NCBI GenBank assembly: GCA_016193315.1
Contig: JACPSJ010000001.1
Location: 471,478 to 535,477 of the forward strand
Length of the DNA stretch: 64,000 nt
Reading direction: 5' to 3'
Origin: Candidatus Kerfeldbacteria bacterium
Lineage (GTDB): Bacteria > Patescibacteriota > Patescibacteriia > SBBC01 > CAIJZX01
Shown here: positions 1 through 7,027 of the stretch, in pieces
Layout: each line of letters begins with the position of its first letter
How positions within the stretch are numbered: the first letter of the stretch is position 1
Program-made: the position numbers and the translations under genes
The notes under the pieces: generated by a model
What the model was told of the DNA's origin: nothing
Database searches by the model: none
What the model saw: only the letters and a program-made list of their open reading frames with translations

Positions 1-1
1 T

Positions 2-808
2 AATTTGCGATTAACGGTGCTGGGGGCGGGCAGTAATACATTGGTGGCCGATCGGGGCTTTGTCGGCACAATCATCATTGCTCGCCATGACGGACTCGAT
101 TGGCAACCGCCACGGGTGGTAGCCGAGGCCGGAGTCAAGTTGGGGCAGTTGATGGCCGGCGCATTGGCCCATCGTCTCGGTGGGTTAGCCTGGCTGGTCG
201 GGGTGCCTGGTACGGTCGGCGGAGCCATCTACGGAAATGCGGGTAGCCGGACGGAAGGCTTGGGCTACCTCGTTGACTGGGTGGAGACATTAGAACCAGA
301 TGGTTCGGTGCGGCGTTGGTTACCGGCCGAGTGTGGTTTCAGTTACCGGACCAGTGTGTTTAAATCCCTTCGCACCATCATTCTTCGCGCTCAGCTTAAA
401 CTCCCAGTGGTTTACCCGACGGCCGAGCGGATGGAATTACGACGGGCAGCGGCCGCGAAATCGGCGCACCAACCAACGATCGATTCCTCGGCCGGGTGCA
501 TTTTTAAGAACCCCGTCGTCGGCTCGAAACAATTACCTGACGGTTTACAACCATACCACTTTCCGGACGGCACCATCTCGGCCTGGCGTCTGGTAGCCGC
601 GGTTGGTCTCCAAGGTTTTCAGCTTGGTCAAGTGCAGATTTCTCCTCGCCACGCCAATTTCATGGTCAATCTCGGCGGGGCCAGAGCCGATCAGGTAGTT
701 CAGCTGATTAGCTTGGTCAAGCAGCGGGTTCGTGATACACTCGGAATCCAGCTCCAGGAAGAAGTCCAGTATCTTGGTTTTGATGATCCCGATCACTATC
801 AGCGCTAA
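2..808 (+). CDS. murB: UDP-N-acetylmuramate dehydrogenase (5' end truncated by window edge)
   Basis: LGAGSN, GVPGTVGGAIYGNAG, FSYRTS, SAGCIFKNP, HANF motifs; frame is open to the window start. Confidence 0.95.
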   Translation, partial: NLRLTVLGAGSNTLVADRGFVGTIIIARHDGLDWQPPRVVAEAGVKLGQLMAGALAHRLGGLAWLVGVPGTVGGAIYGNAGSRTEGLGYLVDWVETLEPDGSVRRWLPAECGFSYRTSVFKSLRTIILRAQLKLPVVYPTAERMELRRAAAAKSAHQPTIDSSAGCIFKNPVVGSKQLPDGLQPYHFPDGTISAWRLVAAVGLQGFQLGQVQISPRHANFMVNLGGARADQVVQLISLVKQRVRDTLGIQLQEEVQYLGFDDPDHYQR

Positions 809-1118
809 AGATTTCAAACTGACACCGGCTCTGAAGTCGTATGTCAACGATAAGCTCGGTCGGCTAGCCAGATTATCGCCGAGCATTGAACGTATCGGGG
901 TCGAACTCGATGTTGATCGCCACCACCATCAGGGCCGCAATTTTCGGGTCGAAGTATGGATTTACTTGCCGCGACGTACCATCGCCGCCGGTTTGAAAGC
1001 CGAGGACATGCGGGCGGCCATTGATCTGGTCTGCCCCAGACTGGAGAGGCGGATCGTGCGTTACAAAGACCGGCTGGTGTCTCGCCGGCGTCGAGCCAGC
1101 CGGCAGATGGCCGGATAG
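783..1118 (+). CDS. raiA: Ribosome hibernation factor (RaiA/HPF, short form)
   Basis: ITISAKDFKLTPALKSYV..KL and EDMRAAIDLV..RLERRI; start moved to ATG 783. Confidence 0.9.
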   Translation: MIPITISAKDFKLTPALKSYVNDKLGRLARLSPSIERIGVELDVDRHHHQGRNFRVEVWIYLPRRTIAAGLKAEDMRAAIDLVCPRLERRIVRYKDRLVSRRRRASRQMAG

Positions 1119-1129
1119 AACCGGCACGG

Positions 1130-1165
1130 TTGCGTTACCGCGCGGTTCTTGTATACTTATCCACA
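1130..1165 (+). promoter_or_regulatory. sigma70-type promoter overlapped by a perfect DnaA box
   Basis: TTGCGT(1130)-16 bp-TATACT(1152); TTATCCACA at 1157-1165. Confidence 0.6.
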
Positions 1166-1167
1166 CT

Positions 1168-1343
1168 GCCCCGCGGTGGGCTTTTGACAACTAACTGTGC
1201 CGAGGATTCGGCTTACGAGATGCTCTGCGTCTTGATCGGTAAGCGCTAACCGCACCACTCCCAGGCGGAGTTGTGCGGGGCCCCGAATCCGAAACTCCAA
1301 AGTCCCACCAACGGGCTGGGGGTTCCGTCAGCCTGCGGCACAG
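1168..1343 (+). ncRNA. Unidentified multi-stem, pseudoknotted leader RNA upstream of speD-like gene (riboswitch candidate)
   Basis: Six complementary stem pairs, including CTGTGCCG/CGGCACAG, GGATTCGG/CCGAATCC and crossing GGTGGG/CCCACC; lies between promoter and start codon. Confidence 0.6.
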
Positions 1344-1357
1344 CGATCGGATCTACC

Positions 1358-1822
1358 ATGGCCAACGCCAAGGTTGATCAACAGCTTCGATCCAGCTCGA
1401 CGCTGGCGAGGTTGACCACCAAACCAAAAAACAAACCAGCCGAAATCCTCTTCGGCACCCACCTGACCCTCGATGGCTACGGAGCCAGCGCCAGCCGACT
1501 GAATGATATGGACACGGTCTTTACGGCCCTCAACGACCTGCCGGACTTGTTGGCGATGCAAAAGATTACCACTCCCTACGTCGTCAGATTCGCGGGTAAC
1601 GAGAAAAAGGACCCGGGTGGTTACTCGGGGTTCGTCATGATCGCCGAAAGCCACATTTCGGTCCACACTTTTCCCGAGCGCGGGTTTGTAACCATTGATG
1701 TGTACACTTGTCAGGGCCAGCTTGACGTCAAAACCTGCATCTCCTACTTCACCAGCCTGTTTCGTGCCCAGCGTTGGGAGCGCCACGTGATACGGCGCGG
1801 CCGGCATTACGGACGACAGTAA
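1358..1822 (+). CDS. speD: S-adenosylmethionine decarboxylase-family pyruvoyl proenzyme
   Basis: GTHLTLDGYG, GYSGFVMIAESHISVHTFPE (ESH self-cleavage site), DVYTC; start ATG 1358. Confidence 0.88.
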   Translation: MANAKVDQQLRSSSTLARLTTKPKNKPAEILFGTHLTLDGYGASASRLNDMDTVFTALNDLPDLLAMQKITTPYVVRFAGNEKKDPGGYSGFVMIAESHISVHTFPERGFVTIDVYTCQGQLDVKTCISYFTSLFRAQRWERHVIRRGRHYGRQ

Positions 1823-1848
1823 GTATAGACGCCGGCCGTTCGTCAGGC

Positions 1849-1877
1849 TTGATGGAACGGGATGTTTGTGATACAAT
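1849..1877 (+). promoter_or_regulatory. sigma70-type promoter for secA
   Basis: TTGATG-17 bp-TACAAT with extended TGn. Confidence 0.6.
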
Positions 1878-1974
1878 CGTGTCCGCTCGACCATCAGTAC
1901 CTCTGGTCTTGACCGGCCGAGAACTAATGTCTCAATCCTTCGCCCCGATGATTCATTCTCGGCGTTAACCGGCC

Positions 1975-4692
1975 ATGGCCTGGCTCAGCAAGTTATTTGG
2001 TGATGCCAACCAGCGGGCACTGCAATCGCTCAGTCCGCTGGTGGTGGAAATTAACGCTTGGCGAACGAAGTTAAAATCCTGGCCTGATGACCGCCTGGCC
2101 GGGAGGATGCAGGAGTTACGCCAAGCCGTGGCCGGGGATGCTCGTCGGCTGGATTCATTCCTGCCCGAAGTTTTTGCCCTCGTGCGCGACGCCAGTCGTC
2201 GGGCGCTGAAACAAGAGCACTTTGATGTCCAGCTGCAGGGCGGGATCGTTCTCCACCGCGGGGCCATCGCCGAAATGAAGACGGGCGAAGGAAAAACATT
2301 GGTGGCCACGGCGCCGGTGGCGCTCAACGCGCTGACCGGACAGGGAGTGCATGTGGTGACGGTGAATGACTATCTCGCCCGGCGGGATGCCGGCTGGATG
2401 GGTCAGGTCTATCATCTGCTCGGGCTGTCGGTCGGAGTGATTATTCATGAGCAGGCTTTTCGTTTCGACCCCACCTTCATCGACCCGAACGCCCTGGAGG
2501 AGCGGACCGCACACCTCCGACCCGTGACGCGGCCGGAAGCCTACCAAGCGGACATTACCTACGGGACGAACAATGAGTTCGGCTTCGATTACCTGCGTGA
2601 CAACATGGTACCCGACCGCCGCTACCTCGTGCAGCGACCGTTTGCCTACGCCATCATTGACGAGGTTGATAGCATTCTCATCGATGAAGCCCGGACACCG
2701 CTGATTATCTCCGCTCCGGCTGAGGAGTCTTCAGAGCGGTATCGTAAGTTTGCTCAATTGGTAACGCAGCTCGAAGCCGAGACTGATTACTTGGTCGACG
2801 AAAAAATGCGGGCCGCGACCTTAACCGAAGCTGGCATCGCGCGAGTCGAACGAAGCTTGGGTCTCGACAATATTTACACCGCTGGCGGCATTGAGCTGGT
2901 CCATCACCTCGAGCAAGCGCTGAAAGCCAAGACGCTTTTTCAACGCGACCGTGACTACGTTGTCCGGGAAGGCGAAGTCGTTATCGTCGACGAGTTCACC
3001 GGACGACTGATGTTCGGTCGGCGGTATTCCGAAGGGTTACACCAGGCGATCGAGGCCAAGGAGGGCTTGTCGGTCAAACAGGAGAGTCAAACGCTGGCCA
3101 CCATTTCACTGCAGAACCTTTTTCGGCTCTACCCGAAACTGGCCGGAATGACCGGCACAGCCGCCACCGAAGCTGAGGAGTTCCATAAGATTTATAACCT
3201 CGATGTCGCGGTGGTGCTAACCCACCGTCCAATGGTCCGCCGCGACTTGCCCGACAGCGTCTATAAAAACCAGCAGGGGAAGTTCCTGGCGGTCGTCCGG
3301 GAAGTCAAACGGCGACACACGGCCGGCCAGCCGATTCTCCTCGGCACCATCTCCATCGAAAAAAATGAACTCCTCAGCGAACTATTGCGTCGGGAGGGGA
3401 TTAGTCATGAAATTCTCCATGCCAAGAATCACGAGCGCGAAGCGCAAATTATCGCTCAAGCCGGTCGCTACGGCGCCGTCACCCTGGCCACTAATATCGC
3501 CGGCCGCGGCGTTGACATTATCCTCGGCGGCTCATCGACCGAGCCGGCCGAAGCCGAGCGGGTGAGGGGGGCCGGCGGTCTCCACGTCATCGGTACTGAG
3601 CGACATGAATCGCGGCGGATTGATAACCAGCTGCGCGGTCGCTCCGGGCGCCAAGGCGATCCTGGATCAAGCCAATTCTTCGTCTCGATGGAAGATGATC
3701 TGATGCGAATTTTTGGGTCTGACCGGATGAAGCGCATGATGGATCGGCTGGGCGTACCAGATGACATGCCGATCGAGAGTCAGCTGGTTTCCAAGTCGAT
3801 CGAACAAGCGCAGAAGAAGGTGGAGGGTCACAACTTCGACATTCGCAAACACTTGGTGGAGTACGATGACGTGATGAACAAGCACCGCGAAGTGATTTAC
3901 AAGCGTCGACGAGAAATTCTGCTGGCGGCGGGATCGGACGTCGAGCGGCGGGTGGAGGAAATGGTGGAGAAGGAAATGAGTCAAATCGTGTCCTTCCACA
4001 CCGCGGCGGAGACGGAAAGTACCTGGGATCTCGACGCCATGTACAATGCGGTCGAAGCGATCGGCCTAGTCGGTCTCAAAGGACGGTTGAAACTCGAGGA
4101 TTTCCGCGATCAAGCCGGCGACCAAGCCCACGACGCGCAGGCGCGAACGGCCATGGTCGGCTTTTTAATGACCGAAGCTAGGTCAAGGCTTGAAGCCCTT
4201 CGTCGTCAGGCTCCAGACCCCAAAGTATGGTCAGAGGTGGTGCGCAACGTCATCCTGCGGACCATTGATCAATTGTGGGTCGAACATCTTGACCTGATGG
4301 AACGGCTGCGCGAGGGGATTGGCCTCCGCGGTTACGGCCAAAAAGATCCGTTGGTGGAGTACAAAAAGGAAGCCTTCGATATCTTTACGCAACTGATCAA
4401 CTCCACCAACTCCCAGGTAGTGCAGACTGTATTCCGCCTGGCCTTCAGTGCTAGCGAGGCCGGACCAACTCCGGCCGAGCGACCACAACTCGTATTTTCG
4501 GCGCCGCAAAAGGAAGCCAGCCAAGCCAGAAGTCAAAGCCCGTTTGTGGCCGCCCGGCCGGTTGTCGGCGGCGTCGATTTAGCCAAGGTGGGACGCAACG
4601 ACCCTTGTCCTTGTGGCTCTGGCAAAAAATTCAAGAAGTGCTACTTAGCCAACAGCCCAGACTGCCGGATTTTGCATCCCGCGCCAGCTTGA
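1975..4692 (+). CDS. secA: Preprotein translocase ATPase SecA
   Basis: MKTGEGKT, DEVDSILIDEARTPLIISA, QLRGRSGRQGDPG, C-terminal GRNDPCPCGSGKK. Confidence 0.99.
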   Translation: MAWLSKLFGDANQRALQSLSPLVVEINAWRTKLKSWPDDRLAGRMQELRQAVAGDARRLDSFLPEVFALVRDASRRALKQEHFDVQLQGGIVLHRGAIAEMKTGEGKTLVATAPVALNALTGQGVHVVTVNDYLARRDAGWMGQVYHLLGLSVGVIIHEQAFRFDPTFIDPNALEERTAHLRPVTRPEAYQADITYGTNNEFGFDYLRDNMVPDRRYLVQRPFAYAIIDEVDSILIDEARTPLIISAPAEESSERYRKFAQLVTQLEAETDYLVDEKMRAATLTEAGIARVERSLGLDNIYTAGGIELVHHLEQALKAKTLFQRDRDYVVREGEVVIVDEFTGRLMFGRRYSEGLHQAIEAKEGLSVKQESQTLATISLQNLFRLYPKLAGMTGTAATEAEEFHKIYNLDVAVVLTHRPMVRRDLPDSVYKNQQGKFLAVVREVKRRHTAGQPILLGTISIEKNELLSELLRREGISHEILHAKNHEREAQIIAQAGRYGAVTLATNIAGRGVDIILGGSSTEPAEAERVRGAGGLHVIGTERHESRRIDNQLRGRSGRQGDPGSSQFFVSMEDDLMRIFGSDRMKRMMDRLGVPDDMPIESQLVSKSIEQAQKKVEGHNFDIRKHLVEYDDVMNKHREVIYKRRREILLAAGSDVERRVEEMVEKEMSQIVSFHTAAETESTWDLDAMYNAVEAIGLVGLKGRLKLEDFRDQAGDQAHDAQARTAMVGFLMTEARSRLEALRRQAPDPKVWSEVVRNVILRTIDQLWVEHLDLMERLREGIGLRGYGQKDPLVEYKKEAFDIFTQLINSTNSQVVQTVFRLAFSASEAGPTPAERPQLVFSAPQKEASQARSQSPFVAARPVVGGVDLAKVGRNDPCPCGSGKKFKKCYLANSPDCRILHPAPA

Positions 4693-4779
4693 CGAAGCTC
4701 AACGGCCTTTGGCCGGCGCGGAACCAACTTGTGTTTTGCCGAGGGGTAGGGTACGCTGAAACGTGTTACCGTCGTCACC

Positions 4780-5298
4780 ATGCAGCTGCTTCGAACGGGA
4801 TTATCTGACCGCGAGTTGGCGAGCAGTCTGTTTGCTCTCTGTCTCCAGGCCGACGCTGCCTTTGGCGGAGAGTTTGTCGACGCCGCCGCCAGCTACGGTT
4901 ACACCATTCATGTCCCGGAAGACGCGATCGACCACGGCGAATTACTGATTGCCCTGGTGTGGTTGGTGCAATGGATTTCTCGATCCCGACCGGGTCTCGT
5001 GCATGCCCTCGGGGGCCATTACCTATCGGCGGTCACCTCACTACCGTACTTCGGTAACCGCACGGACCGGCAGGCGTTAGAACGATTCTTCATCGACCGC
5101 ACCCATCACTATGACAGCCTGGTTGAACGGTCAGCCCAAGGACTTGACCTCATTGAGGTGGCCTACGAAATGTCAAAATATGCCCTCCGGAACTGGTTCG
5201 AAGTCCAGCATCACCTGCCGCGAGTCGAGATCGTCGTGGCCCACCTGCTAACTCAGTGGGTGGTCTCGGTGACCCAGACGGTTAAGGAGCTGTCATAA
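4780..5298 (+). CDS. Hypothetical protein
   Basis: 172 aa ORF filling the intergenic space with host-like codon style; no recognised motif. Confidence 0.65.
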   Translation: MQLLRTGLSDRELASSLFALCLQADAAFGGEFVDAAASYGYTIHVPEDAIDHGELLIALVWLVQWISRSRPGLVHALGGHYLSAVTSLPYFGNRTDRQALERFFIDRTHHYDSLVERSAQGLDLIEVAYEMSKYALRNWFEVQHHLPRVEIVVAHLLTQWVVSVTQTVKELS

Positions 5299-5324
5299 CG
5301 ATCGCGCCCGGCATCGCGGTGGCG

Positions 5325-5353
5325 TTGACAGCCACGGTTTTTTGTGATAGAAT
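5325..5353 (+). promoter_or_regulatory. Near-consensus sigma70 promoter
   Basis: TTGACA-17 bp-TAGAAT with TGn. Confidence 0.8.
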
Positions 5354-5360
5354 TGTTAAT

Positions 5361-5530
5361 GTTCAGCCTGAAAACTGGACTTGTGTTCCTTACAGAAACA
5401 CAAAAAGAAAAACAAAAGCGCGGGGAGAGGCTCCGAGTGCTCGTTGATCTCGAACTAAATCGAGCGCAGCGAACACTCGGGTGGTCCTGATCGAGAACGT
5501 TACTTCGAGATGGATCCGTCAGCCTCTCCC
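5361..5530 (+). ncRNA. Structured leader RNA (two small hairpins, A-tract, three-way junction) upstream of L,D-transpeptidase
   Basis: GGGAGAGGCT(5423)/AGCCTCTCCC(5521) perfect 10 bp stem enclosing CCGAGTG/CACTCGG and GGTCC/GGATC stems. Confidence 0.5.
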
Positions 5531-5543
5531 TCCCACCCTTTTC

Positions 5544-6950
5544 ATGACGACTGTTTCGACGGCCCGTCAGTTTTCAATATCGGTCATTAGCCTGGGCATA
5601 CTCGGGGTAAGTTTTGCGACTCCGGCCGCGGCGCAATCTACAACCTGGCAACGGACGGCAGCTTTTGCGATGCCGAGCGAGGGCTCAACCACCGACGTTT
5701 TTGGGGGCGTGTTTCGAGGCGGAGCGAGCGTCGCCGCTGGTGATATTGACGGCGATGGCGACGAAGAAATTATCCTTGGCGCTGGGCGCGGTGGTGGACC
5801 GCACGTGGAAATCTACCGACCCGACGGCCGCCAAGTGGGTTCGTTTTTCGTTTTTAAACGGTCCCTGCACGCTGGTCTGAGCGTGGCGGCTGGCGATCTC
5901 GATGGCGACCACCAAGCAGAAATTATCGTCGGTCCGCGCGGAGACTACGCCCCAGAAATCCAAATCTACGATGACCACGGCCGCCGACAAGCTTCCTGGT
6001 TGGCCTTTGAGGCGTCGTACACCGGGGGTATTGAAGTCGCGGTCCTCCGGGCTGAGGGCGATCGGGCGGGCATGATTCTGGTCGCCAGCGGCAGCGGTCG
6101 CGACCAGGAAGTCCGAGCCTTCAGCCCGACCGGCCAACTACTTTTTCAGGATTGGTACCCCCACGGTAGGAATCCGGGCCACGGACTCGACATTGCCGCC
6201 ACGGACAGTTCCGTCTTTCATGAACCGGTGTTGGTGAGTGTACCCGGTGTCGGCGAGAAACCGTTGGTCTTAGTCCATGGTTTGTACTCCGGACGACTGC
6301 TGGCCTCCTGGCTGGCCTATGACCAGCGGGTGAAAACCGGCTTGTCAGTGGCGGCCGCCGACGGAACGGTAGTCACCGGTCCAGGTCGGCGGGGTGGTCC
6401 GGAAGTCCGGATATTCAGCGTTCGCGGTGTTCTTGATCGCGCCTACCGGGTATTCGAACCGACCTATTTCGGTGGTCTCGAAGTCGGCCTTCTCCGCCGT
6501 GGCGGCCGTCTCGAGTCAGTCGCCACCCCCAGCGGCAAACCGAGCCATTGGCTCCATCCGAAAATGGACAAGGCCATTGTGATCGACTTATCCGAACAGC
6601 AGTTGTACCTACTCGAGGGTGATCGGGTGATTTCGGTCCGGTCGGTATCGACCGGCCAATGGTCAACCCCGACGCCAGTCGGTAGCTTCCGGACGAAGAA
6701 TAAGATCGGCGTGGCCTACTCGCGGCGCTACGGATTGTACATGGAGTATTGGATGGCGTTTACGCCGGACGGCGCCTACGGACTCCACGCCCTGCCGTAC
6801 TGGTTGCTACGGAATGGGCAGAAGCACTACGAGGGCACCAACCACCTGGGCACGCCAGTTTCCCACGGTTGCATCCGCCAACGCCTCGAGGATGCCCGGT
6901 CGCTCTATGACTGGGCACCGATTGGGACGACCGTCATCGTTCGGCCCTAA
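5544..6950 (+). CDS. Secreted FG-GAP-repeat protein with C-terminal YkuD L,D-transpeptidase domain
   Basis: Signal peptide; repeats SVAAGDxDGDxxxEII; IVIDLSEQQL, STG..TPTP.G.F, YGLH and SHGCIR catalytic motif. Confidence 0.9.
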   Translation: MTTVSTARQFSISVISLGILGVSFATPAAAQSTTWQRTAAFAMPSEGSTTDVFGGVFRGGASVAAGDIDGDGDEEIILGAGRGGGPHVEIYRPDGRQVGSFFVFKRSLHAGLSVAAGDLDGDHQAEIIVGPRGDYAPEIQIYDDHGRRQASWLAFEASYTGGIEVAVLRAEGDRAGMILVASGSGRDQEVRAFSPTGQLLFQDWYPHGRNPGHGLDIAATDSSVFHEPVLVSVPGVGEKPLVLVHGLYSGRLLASWLAYDQRVKTGLSVAAADGTVVTGPGRRGGPEVRIFSVRGVLDRAYRVFEPTYFGGLEVGLLRRGGRLESVATPSGKPSHWLHPKMDKAIVIDLSEQQLYLLEGDRVISVRSVSTGQWSTPTPVGSFRTKNKIGVAYSRRYGLYMEYWMAFTPDGAYGLHALPYWLLRNGQKHYEGTNHLGTPVSHGCIRQRLEDARSLYDWAPIGTTVIVRP

Positions 6951-6966
6951 GGCTGAGCGGCTGGGC

Positions 6967-6995
6967 TTGTCACAATTGACCCAGGGTCGTATACT
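6967..6995 (+). promoter_or_regulatory. sigma70-type promoter for secDF
   Basis: TTGTCA-17 bp-TATACT. Confidence 0.7.
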
Positions 6996-7027
6996 CTGAT
7001 GGTTCCATCGTTGACCATCAGTGTTGC

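Noticed and set aside
1157-1165. Replication origin
   Set aside because: DnaA boxes are single and tens of kb apart; no AT-rich unwinding element or dnaA gene.
1168-1343. Known RNA identity for the speD leader (raiA motif, c-di-AMP, SAM-I/spermidine, hammerhead, HDV-like, tmRNA, RNase P)
   Set aside because: Only scattered words match (CCCGAATCCG, CCGTCAGC, GAAAC after a stem, CCACCA). Required cores such as CUGANGA, AUCNAGAG, GAGGAAAGUCC and a T-loop are missing or out of order, and the RNA lies downstream rather than upstream of raiA.
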